DNA from: an uncultured Candidatus Saccharibacteria bacterium | GTDB lineage: Bacteria > Patescibacteriota > Minisyncoccia > RBG-13-40-8-A | Length of the DNA stretch: 64,000 nt | Direction of reading: 5' to 3' | Assembly: GCA_965231075.1 (NCBI GenBank) | Contig: OZ246412.1 | Span: 463,282 to 527,281 of the forward strand | Part shown: positions 26,720 through 36,071 of the stretch, one piece after another | Layout of the letters: each line of letters starts with the position of its first letter | How positions within the stretch are numbered: the first letter of the stretch is position 1 | Position numbers and translations under genes: made by a program | The notes under the pieces: generated by a model | What the model was told of the DNA's origin: nothing | Database searches by the model: none | Seen by the model: only the letters and a program-made list of their open reading frames with translations

Positions 26720-28456
26720 TTATCTTTGTTTTAATACTTTTAAAAATACGTCTGCAGGTATGTTAACCTTTCCAAACTGTGCCATTTTCTTCTTTCCCTT
26801 TTTTTGCTTTTCTAATAATTTCCTTTTTCTTGAATAATCGCCACCGTATAAATACCCGGTTACATCTTTTTTCATAGCTTTTTTAGTTTCTCGAGCAAGA
26901 ATGTTGCCGTCGACAGCTGCCTGGATTGGCACTGACCACTGATAATACGGCAAAACATCTTTTAATAGTTCTACTAATCTTTTACCTTCTCGATAAGCAT
27001 CATCGCGTCTAACCATCTTGGAAAATGCTTCTATTTTTTCCCCATCAATTAAAATGTCTAACTTCACCAAGTCAGCAACCTTATAGTCTTTGATTTGATA
27101 AGACATGGAAGCATATCCCGAACTCACGGTTTTCAACTTGTCGTAGAAACTTTGCAAAATTATATCTAATGGTCCCTCAAATTTAATGATTATTTTTTCG
27201 TCGGTTAACCATACCGTGTCTTTAAATTCTCCAGGGAAATTGGTTAATAGTTTGTTTATTGGTCCCAGATATTGATTGGGCGTAATAATCTCCATATCCA
27301 TTACTGGTTCTTCAATTTTATCTTCTGCGTTTTTTCTGTAAATAACACTAGGGGAGGTTGTAATTAAATTCAGGCCGTAGTCCCTTTTTAATCTCTCGGT
27401 AACAATTTCTAAATGAAGCATGCCCAAAAAACCACAACGAAATCCCCTACCCAGCGCGCCTGATGACTCGGGATTAAAAGACAACGAAGAATCGCTCAAT
27501 TTTAATTTTCTCAGACCATCATTTAATAAATCGTAATCATCTGAATCGATGGGATAGAAGCTCGCAAACACAACCGGCTGTGGTTCTTTGTATCCCTTTA
27601 GTGGCTCAATTTCGGTTTTAAAATTATCGTTTTTTAATGTAACAGTATCACCAACGCGACATCTTTCTATTTCTTTTAGTCCAGTCGCGATATAACCAAT
27701 TTCTCCAGCCCTTAATTCTTTGCTTTCCATAAAATCTGGTTTAAAATATCCCAATTCTAATACTTCGGCGTTGGCGCCGACTTGCATCAAATAAATTCTG
27801 TCTTGTTGTTTAAAATTTCCATTGAAAACACGGACATAGGCAACAACTCCTTTGTAGGTGTCGTATTCTGAATCGAAGATAAGTGCCCGCGGTATATCAT
27901 TTTTTTCGCCAGAATTAAATTTTGGCGCTGGCACCTTTTCAATTACAACCCTTAAAAGTTTTTCAACGTTTTCTCCTGTTTTCCCAGAAACCAATATGAT
28001 GTCTTCTCTTTTAACGTCTAAAAGTTTTTCTATTTCGGCAACGGTTTTCTCAACATCGGCTGTGGCCAAATCAATCTTGTTTACGGCGGGAATAATCGTT
28101 AAATTTTCCTTCCTAGCAAATTCCAGATTGGTTAGTGTTTGCGCTTGTACGCCTTGCGTTGCGTCAACCAACAAAATTGCTCCCTCTACTGCCGCTAGAC
28201 TGCGTGAGACCTCATAAGAAAAATCAACGTGACCAGGGGTATCAATTAAATTCAAGATATATCCATCCCATTCCATCCTTACGGGTTGCATTTTAATAGT
28301 AATCCCTCTTTCGCGCTCAATCGACATTCTATCTAAAAATTGTGGCTGCATTTTCCTTGGATCAATGGTTTTGGTAATATCTAAAAATCGGTCAGCGAGA
28401 GTTGACTTGCCGTGATCGATGTGTGCCATGATGACAAAATTCCTAATGTTATTCAT
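26720..28456 (-). CDS. lepA: translation elongation factor 4 (LepA)
   Basis: MNNIRNFVIMAHIDHGKSTLADRFL G-domain N-terminus, 578 aa. Confidence 0.95.
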   Translation of the reverse strand: MNNIRNFVIMAHIDHGKSTLADRFLDITKTIDPRKMQPQFLDRMSIERERGITIKMQPVRMEWDGYILNLIDTPGHVDFSYEVSRSLAAVEGAILLVDATQGVQAQTLTNLEFARKENLTIIPAVNKIDLATADVEKTVAEIEKLLDVKREDIILVSGKTGENVEKLLRVVIEKVPAPKFNSGEKNDIPRALIFDSEYDTYKGVVAYVRVFNGNFKQQDRIYLMQVGANAEVLELGYFKPDFMESKELRAGEIGYIATGLKEIERCRVGDTVTLKNDNFKTEIEPLKGYKEPQPVVFASFYPIDSDDYDLLNDGLRKLKLSDSSLSFNPESSGALGRGFRCGFLGMLHLEIVTERLKRDYGLNLITTSPSVIYRKNAEDKIEEPVMDMEIITPNQYLGPINKLLTNFPGEFKDTVWLTDEKIIIKFEGPLDIILQSFYDKLKTVSSGYASMSYQIKDYKVADLVKLDILIDGEKIEAFSKMVRRDDAYREGKRLVELLKDVLPYYQWSVPIQAAVDGNILARETKKAMKKDVTGYLYGGDYSRKRKLLEKQKKGKKKMAQFGKVNIPADVFLKVLKQR

Positions 28457-30125
28457 CTAATTGATTTAGGGGTTGAACCTCCTCTAGTTTGTCTTCTTTG
28501 TTTTTAAATATAAACTTTCTGACAATTGTCATCGATTCCGATAATCTAAACGCCAGAGATATCAAAAAATAAATTCCAATGCCAATGATCGCCGATATCG
28601 CAACCTGCAAAAATAATCCCACAAATGTCGCCGTGTTAAAAATTGAATTCAGAACCTGTAATAGTCCATATATAATTACGGCCATCAAAACGCAAGAAAT
28701 TAAAATTTTAGAAACAGAATCGAAAATCGCTTTTGTGTCGTATCCTTTGACTTTTTTGTGAAAAAATTTCATTAAAACGACAAAATTAAAGATACTAGAC
28801 AATGAGAATGCTAACGGTAATCCCAATACAGCAAAACTTTTAATACCACTTAATTTAAATATTGACGAAAATATTTCTGAAAACACGTTAACGCGATTTA
28901 AAATCCAAACAAACCCAAAGCTCATCACAATGTTTAAGCCGATGCTGATTAAACTAATCGAGACCGGTGTTTTGGTATCTTTTAAAGAGTAAAATGCTCT
29001 CGAGACCAAGGGAATTAAGCTTTGTGCAAAAATGCTAATGGCAAAAATTCCTAGAGCGGCTGCAGTTAATCTGGTATCCACCCAATTAAATTGACCCGTG
29101 CCTAATATTAAACGAATTATTTGTGCTCGCAAAACGAAAAATATAGTCGTAATTGGCAACACTAAGTACAGAATTTGACTAAAGGCCATTGAAAAATCTT
29201 GAGAGAATTTCTCCTTATTCTCTTCTGCTGATGATTCCGCAAGTCTGGGAAATACCGCAATTGAAAAAGAAATTGCAATTATCCCGATGGGCACATATTG
29301 CAAGTTATTGGACAGATTAAAAATTGCTACACTACCAATAGTTAAACTGGAGGCGATTGCCGTAATCACCAGATAATTAATTTGCGTCCCTGCCAAACCG
29401 ATCGTTCTGGGTATGGTGAGTTGAAGCATTTTTTTTATTCCCTCGTGAAATCTAAACAAGCCATTAAATTTCATACCCGAATAAATTGCGCTTGGCAATT
29501 GTATTAATAAATGGAGGAACGCTCCCAATACCACTCCCCAGGCCAAACCAATTAATCCCATTTTGGGTACAAAAAAAATGATTCCCAATATGATTCCCAG
29601 ATTATACATTATTGGCGCTAAAGAATATATAAAAAAGCGACGAAAATATTGTAATACGCCACTCAAAATACTACTCACGCCCAATAACAACGGACTTAAA
29701 AACATCACTCTGGTCAGTGCCACTGTTGCTTCTTTTTTGGCACCAGAGAATCCAGGGGCGATAAATGCAACGACTTGTGGCGCGAATAAAATCAGAATCC
29801 CCGATAAAACGATTAAAATTAAAACAACCCAACTGAATATCCCGCTGGTTAATTTCCAGGCATCTTTCTCGTCTTTTTTAAAATATTGAGCAAAAATTGG
29901 AATGAATGCCGAAGAAATTGCACCCATAATCAAAATACTGTAAATTAAGTCCGGCAATCGAAACGCTGTAAAATAAACATCTAATTCATCACCGGCACCA
30001 AATTTTCCTGCTAGCAATCTATCTCTGATTAAACCTAAAATTCTGCTCAGTAAGGCCGTGATCGCCAAAATAAAAGCAGCAGAAAACACTGTTTTCGATG
30101 TGTGGTTAATTATCTTTTTAACCAT
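28449..30125 (-). CDS. murJ: lipid II flippase MurJ (MviN)
   Basis: LSRILGLIRDRLLAGKFGAGDELDVYFTAFRLPDL signature, 14 TM; start taken at MVKKII. Confidence 0.9.
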   Translation of the reverse strand: MVKKIINHTSKTVFSAAFILAITALLSRILGLIRDRLLAGKFGAGDELDVYFTAFRLPDLIYSILIMGAISSAFIPIFAQYFKKDEKDAWKLTSGIFSWVVLILIVLSGILILFAPQVVAFIAPGFSGAKKEATVALTRVMFLSPLLLGVSSILSGVLQYFRRFFIYSLAPIMYNLGIILGIIFFVPKMGLIGLAWGVVLGAFLHLLIQLPSAIYSGMKFNGLFRFHEGIKKMLQLTIPRTIGLAGTQINYLVITAIASSLTIGSVAIFNLSNNLQYVPIGIIAISFSIAVFPRLAESSAEENKEKFSQDFSMAFSQILYLVLPITTIFFVLRAQIIRLILGTGQFNWVDTRLTAAALGIFAISIFAQSLIPLVSRAFYSLKDTKTPVSISLISIGLNIVMSFGFVWILNRVNVFSEIFSSIFKLSGIKSFAVLGLPLAFSLSSIFNFVVLMKFFHKKVKGYDTKAIFDSVSKILISCVLMAVIIYGLLQVLNSIFNTATFVGLFLQVAISAIIGIGIYFLISLAFRLSESMTIVRKFIFKNKEDKLEEVQPLNQLDE

Positions 30126-30232
30126 ATATAATTTATTCTCATTGTAACAGAAAGAAATTTTCATTGCTAGACACGGAGTTGGCCCTAAAGCGGAAATTTG
30201 CCAAAACAACAAAAAACCCTTATGATTAAAAC

Positions 30233-31885
30233 ATGAAAAAAATTGCTCAAATTATGCTTATTCCCACAACAATCATTTTACTGATCGTTGTTTTTGTAGT
30301 CTCGCTTTACACATTAAATGCCGAAAAAATAAATTACGGAACCAAAATTGCCGGACAAACAATTGGTGGACTATCGCCAGACGAAGCAATCGATAAACTT
30401 TCTAATTATTTCCAAGAGATAACTAATCAAAATTTCAACTTGGTCTACCAAGATAAAATCTGGACAATTAATTTAAAAAACCTAGGCATTAATATTGATG
30501 TTCACGCCACCGTTAATTTGGCTTTCGAACGTGGCCATCAATCTGGAAAATTAGTCAAAAATATTTTTTGGCAGATCAAATCATTACTGGGACTAAACCA
30601 AGCGTTGGCCTACGATATCGAAGACGCAAAAATTGAAAAATTTTTCCAAGAGAATCTCGCAATTATTCATCGACCAGCAAGAAATTCTCTTTTAGTTTAC
30701 AACAAAGAAAATAATGATTTTAACATCAGCGAATCAAGGTTTGGGACCATTATCAACAAGGATAAATTTCGAAAAGATATTGAAAAAAATATTTATCATT
30801 TCGAAGCCCAATCAATTTATTTAGACCTTGAAAATGACGAGCCAACCACAACCGAAGAACAGGCTAAAAAATTAATCCCTCGAGCTAAAGAATTGATTAA
30901 TCTTGCGCCAGTTACAATTACCGTTAATGGGAAGAAGGTAAACGAAATTACTATTGAAGATATTTTAGAATTAACCGAACCAGTTCCTGAATTAAATGAG
31001 CATAAAATAGAAAATTATCTTGTCTCACTTGCTCCATCAGTAGCCCAAGAACCGATTAATGCTCAATTGACAGTGGTCGATAACAAGGCCACAGCGTTCT
31101 CTTTATCTCAGGATGGAATACAGTTAGAAATCAGAAACAATATTGAAATTTTAAAAAACGGCCTACTCAATGGCGATAAAGAAATTGTTCTGAAAACGAT
31201 TAACACCAAGCCCGAAATTTCCACAGAAAATATCAACAATCTTGGCATCACTTCTTTTCTTGCTAAAGGTGTTTCTAATTTTTCGGGATCTTCGGCCAAC
31301 AGAATCACCAATATAAAAATTGGAGCAGCTAAATTTAACGGCGTATTAATTAAACCAAACGAAGAATTTTCTTTCAATAAATTATTGGGTGATGTCGGCC
31401 CCGAACAAGGATATAAGCCAGGATTGGTGATCAAGGACAACAAAACCATTCCTGAATACGGGGGTGGATTGTGTCAGGTTTCAACCACGGCATTTAGAGC
31501 AGCGGTCTATTCTGGCATGGAGATTACCAAGCGCTTCCCTCACGCATTTCCCGTGAAATACTATAATCCTCAAGGATTTGATGCGACTATCTATCCCCCT
31601 ATGCCAGATCTTAGATTTATTAACAATACCCCTGGACACATCCTTATACAAACCAAAATTGTCGGCAACGAATTAATTTTTGAATTTTATGGGACAAACG
31701 ACAACAGAAAGATTGAAGTTATTGGACCAGAACAATATGATTTACAGCCCGATGGCGCAATGAAAGCGAAGCTCACACAAAAAGTCTACGACAACAATGG
31801 AAATGTTATCATTGATAAAACTTTTTATTCAAATTATAAATCGCCGAGTCTGTACCCCGAAGAGATAATCAACCCCCTTCAATGA
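30233..31885 (+). CDS. VanW-family protein with N-terminal TM anchor
   Basis: YGGGLCQVSTTAFRAAVYSGMEITKR VanW core motif. Confidence 0.8.
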   Translation: MKKIAQIMLIPTTIILLIVVFVVSLYTLNAEKINYGTKIAGQTIGGLSPDEAIDKLSNYFQEITNQNFNLVYQDKIWTINLKNLGINIDVHATVNLAFERGHQSGKLVKNIFWQIKSLLGLNQALAYDIEDAKIEKFFQENLAIIHRPARNSLLVYNKENNDFNISESRFGTIINKDKFRKDIEKNIYHFEAQSIYLDLENDEPTTTEEQAKKLIPRAKELINLAPVTITVNGKKVNEITIEDILELTEPVPELNEHKIENYLVSLAPSVAQEPINAQLTVVDNKATAFSLSQDGIQLEIRNNIEILKNGLLNGDKEIVLKTINTKPEISTENINNLGITSFLAKGVSNFSGSSANRITNIKIGAAKFNGVLIKPNEEFSFNKLLGDVGPEQGYKPGLVIKDNKTIPEYGGGLCQVSTTAFRAAVYSGMEITKRFPHAFPVKYYNPQGFDATIYPPMPDLRFINNTPGHILIQTKIVGNELIFEFYGTNDNRKIEVIGPEQYDLQPDGAMKAKLTQKVYDNNGNVIIDKTFYSNYKSPSLYPEEIINPLQ

Positions 31886-32853
31886 CAACCAAGATTTTAA
31901 AAATAAACCCCCAGAAACCAAACAAAGACAAAATCGATCAAGCCGCCAAAATCATAAAAAATGGCGGCTTAGTTGCTTTTCCCACTGAGACCGTTTACGG
32001 TCTAGGGGCCAACATATTTAACAAAGAGGCAATTAAAAACATCTTTAGAGTTAAAGAAAGGCCGATGGATGACCCATTAATCGTCCATATTGCCGAGATA
32101 AAAGATTTAGATAAACTCACTACAAACATTCCGACAATTGCTTTAAAATTGGCAAAAAAATTTTGGCCAGGGCCATTGACCATGGTTTTGAATAAATCTG
32201 GAATTGTTTCCGACTATGTAACCGGCGGATTAGATACAGTGGCCATACGCATGCCCAAAAATAAGATTGCTTTTGAATTAATTAAAACCGCAGAAACACC
32301 ATTGGCTGCTCCCAGTGCTAATAAATTTACCAGACCATCACCAACTATCGCTAAGCATGTTTTAATTGATTTAAGTAATAAAATTCCTTTGATTATAGAT
32401 GGTGGACAAACAGACATTGGCATCGAGTCGACGGTCTTAGATTTAACCTCAAAAATTCCTACAATTTTAAGGCCGGGGAAAATAACCGAAAAAGATTTAA
32501 AAAAAGTTTTAAGGATGGTTAAAGGGCCACAGTCCACAACAAGTCAATTGCAGATCAGAAAATCTCCTGGGACGCGCTACAAACATTATTCTCCTAATGC
32601 CCGGGTGATTCTGGTTTATGGCAAGATAACAGAAAATCTAATTAACCGATATAAAAAATCAAAACAAAAAATTGGAACCATAAAAGCCAACAAAAATATC
32701 AACTTTTTGACAAAAAATTTATTCAAAAAATTTCGAGAGTTAGATAATAAAAAAACCGACATCATTCTTGTCGAAAATGTCGAAGAAAAAGGATTGGGAA
32801 TTGCACTAATGAACCGCCTTAAAAAATCGGCAAGCGAAATTATAAAAAATTGA
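31882..32853 (+). CDS. tsaC: L-threonylcarbamoyladenylate synthase (Sua5/YrdC type, with Sua5 C-domain)
   Basis: AFPTETVYGLGAN YrdC motif; 323 aa. Confidence 0.9.
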   Translation: MTTKILKINPQKPNKDKIDQAAKIIKNGGLVAFPTETVYGLGANIFNKEAIKNIFRVKERPMDDPLIVHIAEIKDLDKLTTNIPTIALKLAKKFWPGPLTMVLNKSGIVSDYVTGGLDTVAIRMPKNKIAFELIKTAETPLAAPSANKFTRPSPTIAKHVLIDLSNKIPLIIDGGQTDIGIESTVLDLTSKIPTILRPGKITEKDLKKVLRMVKGPQSTTSQLQIRKSPGTRYKHYSPNARVILVYGKITENLINRYKKSKQKIGTIKANKNINFLTKNLFKKFRELDNKKTDIILVENVEEKGLGIALMNRLKKSASEIIKN

Positions 32854-32887
32854 TTTTTACAATAAACTAAAGTAAAATGAAATTATC

Positions 32888-32969
32888 GTCCGGGTGGCGG
32901 AATTGGCAGACGCGCTAGCCTTAGGAGCTAGTGGGGCAACCCGTGGGAGTTCGACTCTCCCCTCGGACA
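32888..32969 (+). tRNA. tRNA-Leu (anticodon TAG), type II
   Basis: acceptor gtccggg/ctcggac, anticodon stem ctagc/gctag loop cttagga, long variable arm, T-arm gggag ttcgact ctccc. Confidence 0.9.
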
Positions 32970-33027
32970 CAATTTTAAAAAGCCGATTTAAATCGGCTTT
33001 TTAAATTTAGTTTCGAAACTAATAACA

Positions 33028-33387
33028 CTATTGCAATCCACTACATTCGTTCGTAAATCTGAATAATCCAGATATTCCAACTCCACCAAGAAAACCTTCA
33101 ACCAATGAAATTAGAATCATGGCACAGAAGATTATTGCAACACCAATTAACGCGTTGATGATCATTTTCTTTGCTCCGTCAGCTTTCTCGCTATCACCCT
33201 TAGATAACATGTATTGAATACCTCCTAAAATTAAGAAGATAACAGCAATACCAAAACCAACAACCGCTAAAATCATTTTAACTTTAACAAAAATGTTGCA
33301 AAGAATGACCGTTGGCTCTAATGCTGCACTAGCAACAAATGGCAAAACTAACAACGATAACATTATAACTGGTAATATTTTTTTCAT
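33028..33387 (-). CDS. VirB2/TrbC-like small membrane protein (paralog 1 of 3)
   Basis: signal peptide + GGIQYMLSKGDSEKADGAKKMIINALIGVAIIF segment. Confidence 0.45.
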   Translation of the reverse strand: MKKILPVIMLSLLVLPFVASAALEPTVILCNIFVKVKMILAVVGFGIAVIFLILGGIQYMLSKGDSEKADGAKKMIINALIGVAIIFCAMILISLVEGFLGGVGISGLFRFTNECSGLQ

Positions 33388-33399
33388 ATTTGTTTTTTA

Positions 33400-33451
33400 C
33401 CCTGTTAAATATTCCGCCCCGCGGAATCATGCTTCGCATGATTTAACAGGG
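33400..33451. promoter_or_regulatory. structured intergenic element copy B (ccctgttaaat/atttaacaggg inverted repeat, two hairpins), 12 nt upstream of minus-strand ATG at 33387
   Basis: hairpins attccgccccgcggaat and catgcttcgcatg; compensatory substitutions relative to copy A. Confidence 0.6.
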
Positions 33452-33497
33452 TGAACTATGTTTATTTCTCGACCTTTGAAATATTTTTTAATTGACA

Positions 33498-33866
33498 TTA
33501 GTTTCCTGTAAGCCTAGTACTAATAAAGTCTTGCACCACCTGGATTAAAAAGAATGCCGCAAAAACAATTCCCACTCCAATCAAACTGTTGATAATCATT
33601 TTTCGAGCGTCTTTTGCCTGATCATCTTTCTCTCCCGCCGTAATATATTTAATCGCACCAAGAATGATAAAAATGACCGCTAAAATTATACCCGCCACAA
33701 ATAAAATATCTCCGATGTCCTCTATTAGGTAGCACACTTTTTGTGCGCTAGGATAACTTGATAAACTACCTTTCACGCATTGTGTGTACCCGAAAATATT
33801 TTGCGCGCTAACGACATACGGTAAGGCCAGAATTATTAAAATAAAAACGAATAATATTTTTTTCAT
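33498..33866 (-). CDS. VirB2/TrbC-like small membrane protein (paralog 2)
   Basis: signal peptide + GAIKYITAGEKDDQAKDARKMIINSLIGVGIVF. Confidence 0.45.
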   Translation of the reverse strand: MKKILFVFILIILALPYVVSAQNIFGYTQCVKGSLSSYPSAQKVCYLIEDIGDILFVAGIILAVIFIILGAIKYITAGEKDDQAKDARKMIINSLIGVGIVFAAFFLIQVVQDFISTRLTGN

Positions 33867-33882
33867 ATTAAAATTTTGTTAA

Positions 33883-34221
33883 TTATTTAATCTTCCCCAA
33901 AATCTCTGTTACTAACTGTACAATAAAGCTCGATGCCAAAACAATTGCTACACCAATTAGTGTATAGCGAATAGTTTTTTTAGCTTTTCCGGCTTTTTCG
34001 TCATCTCCAGCTGACGTTGTATATTGAATCCCGGCAATTATTATCATCACCACGCCAACGGACACGGCTACTGCCTGTAATATTCCGGCAATAATGTTAA
34101 TTAATTCGGTTATGTTGTTGGGCTTTATTGGATTTGGTATTTCAACGGTTTCTGCGCCACAGAAAGATGGCAATATTAATAACGTGCCCAAAACCAATCC
34201 TAGAAATAATTTTGTTTTCAT
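33883..34221 (-). CDS. VirB2/TrbC-like small membrane protein (paralog 3)
   Basis: signal peptide + AGIQYTTSAGDDEKAGKAKKTIRYTLIGVAIVL. Confidence 0.45.
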   Translation of the reverse strand: MKTKLFLGLVLGTLLILPSFCGAETVEIPNPIKPNNITELINIIAGILQAVAVSVGVVMIIIAGIQYTTSAGDDEKAGKAKKTIRYTLIGVAIVLASSFIVQLVTEILGKIK

Positions 34222-34223
34222 AA

Positions 34224-35555
34224 TTATTTTTTTAATAATAAATTTATTTGATTAGCTATGTTCTCGATCGTATCGTCTAAGGTTGATGCTCCTAATACTA
34301 TTGACTCTATGGCACTAGATAATATGTTTTCTATTTTTGCTGAATCAATCTGATACCAGCTTTTTGCGGTTAAACTTTGTTCAGCAAAAACCGCTAAATT
34401 TAAATTGTCGTTTTTCTGCCAATCAACTAGATTTCTTTGTGCGGTTGGTCTGTTGGTCTTTTTTAAATAATCTTTGTTAACTTTTTCTTGTGTTAAATAA
34501 AGCAAAAAATCCCACGCCGCTCCTGATGATTTAGATTTTTTAGAAACTGTATACGCCCAATAATTAGCATAATTAATGTCGAAAGCCCTTCCTTTGATCT
34601 GTGGCATCTTACCTATGCCATAGTTTAAATAAGAGTTTTTAGAATTAATTGTAGGAATGTGATAAGCATAGCTTAACATCATCGCTGATTTTCCATCAGC
34701 AAAGGCGTCTATAGAATATGGCATTTGACGATTCCATGTATAAGTTTTTTTGCTAGGATTAGAAAATTCTGTATAGAATCTTAATGCATCTTTTCCGGGA
34801 TAATATGTTTCATCATTCAGAAAAACTCCTTCGTCAAGCGTGGTGGTTCTTTTATCATCACTGATCATCTTCGTGCCATTTTGAAGCATGATTAATGATA
34901 AAATATCGGTTGCGCGATTTACGTTTTCGGCAGCGCCAAGAGATATGCCTGCACGATCTATACCGCCCCATTGGTTTCTCTTGGTTAATTTATCTAAATC
35001 TATAATTAATTCGTCCCATGTTTCCGGTGGGCCAGCAATACCAGCGCTATTAAAATAATTTTTATTATAATAAAGTGCTAGCGTATCAACATATAGTGGT
35101 AGCCCGTAAATTTTACCGTTGTCAACAAAATCGGCTTCGACAACATCAACAAATTTTTTTCTAAATTCAGCTAGGGTAAATTTTGTTGTTTGTTGTGGCA
35201 ATTCGGCTATTTTATCTTTGTGTTTAGGAAGCCAAGTGTTGTGTATTAACCAAATATCCGGACCCTTGTCTGATGCGAAAGCATTAATGAGCTCTTGTTC
35301 ATAGTTCTCGGCTGGCATTTTTCTGTAAGTAATCTTAACCGAGCAATCATTAGATTTTTTAAATCCTTCCATTGCTTCAGAGAATACTTCTGGTTCATCA
35401 TAAACTCCCCACACTTCCAAATTGGCTGGCCTGCACTGGTCCTTGGTGATTGTACCAATAATAAACACAATTATACCAATCACTACAACAACACTTAAGA
35501 TGATAATTATTTCCTTTTTCTCCATTTTTAATTCTTGGTTAATATTAATCCCCAA
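34224..35555 (-). CDS. extracellular solute-binding protein (ABC transporter, family 1-like) with N-terminal TM anchor
   Basis: 443 aa, TM anchor, periplasmic-binding-protein-like composition; weak. Confidence 0.45.
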   Translation of the reverse strand: MGININQELKMEKKEIIIILSVVVVIGIIVFIIGTITKDQCRPANLEVWGVYDEPEVFSEAMEGFKKSNDCSVKITYRKMPAENYEQELINAFASDKGPDIWLIHNTWLPKHKDKIAELPQQTTKFTLAEFRKKFVDVVEADFVDNGKIYGLPLYVDTLALYYNKNYFNSAGIAGPPETWDELIIDLDKLTKRNQWGGIDRAGISLGAAENVNRATDILSLIMLQNGTKMISDDKRTTTLDEGVFLNDETYYPGKDALRFYTEFSNPSKKTYTWNRQMPYSIDAFADGKSAMMLSYAYHIPTINSKNSYLNYGIGKMPQIKGRAFDINYANYWAYTVSKKSKSSGAAWDFLLYLTQEKVNKDYLKKTNRPTAQRNLVDWQKNDNLNLAVFAEQSLTAKSWYQIDSAKIENILSSAIESIVLGASTLDDTIENIANQINLLLKK

Positions 35556-36067
35556 TGATATTGATCAACAGAAATGTTGTGCTTAGATCCAAAATTGTTC
35601 TGCATTGCAATTTCCTCTATTTGATTTATTGGAACAAATAGATCTTTCGAGGGGCCCAGCGGCTGATTTTCGTTCCAATCAATAACAACTAGCCTTCCTC
35701 TTTTTTTCAAGACCCTGCTCGCCTCCTTAATTATACCAATTTTATTTTCCGATTGGAATAAAATATTGGCCAACAACACCAGATCTATAGAATCGTTTTC
35801 GATTTGTGAGCCATTAATAACTTCTAAATTACAACGTCTAGTTATGATATTAAAAAGACCCTGAATCTTAGCTCTACTTCGAACCGATTCAAGGGCCGTG
35901 TCTAAAACATCTAAGGCATAAATTTTGCCTTCATCTCCCACTATTTTAGCCATTGGTATTACAAAATATCCCGCGCCACAACCGAAGTCAGCAATTTGCA
36001 TGCCTTTATCAATATTCAATTGTTTGATAACTTGTTCGGGATTTAAAAATCCTCCAGTTCCACTCAT
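35528..36067 (-). CDS. class I SAM-dependent methyltransferase
   Basis: motif I IADFGCGAGYF. Confidence 0.65.
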   Translation of the reverse strand: MSGTGGFLNPEQVIKQLNIDKGMQIADFGCGAGYFVIPMAKIVGDEGKIYALDVLDTALESVRSRAKIQGLFNIITRRCNLEVINGSQIENDSIDLVLLANILFQSENKIGIIKEASRVLKKRGRLVVIDWNENQPLGPSKDLFVPINQIEEIAMQNNFGSKHNISVDQYHWGLILTKN

Positions 36068-36071
36068 ATAA

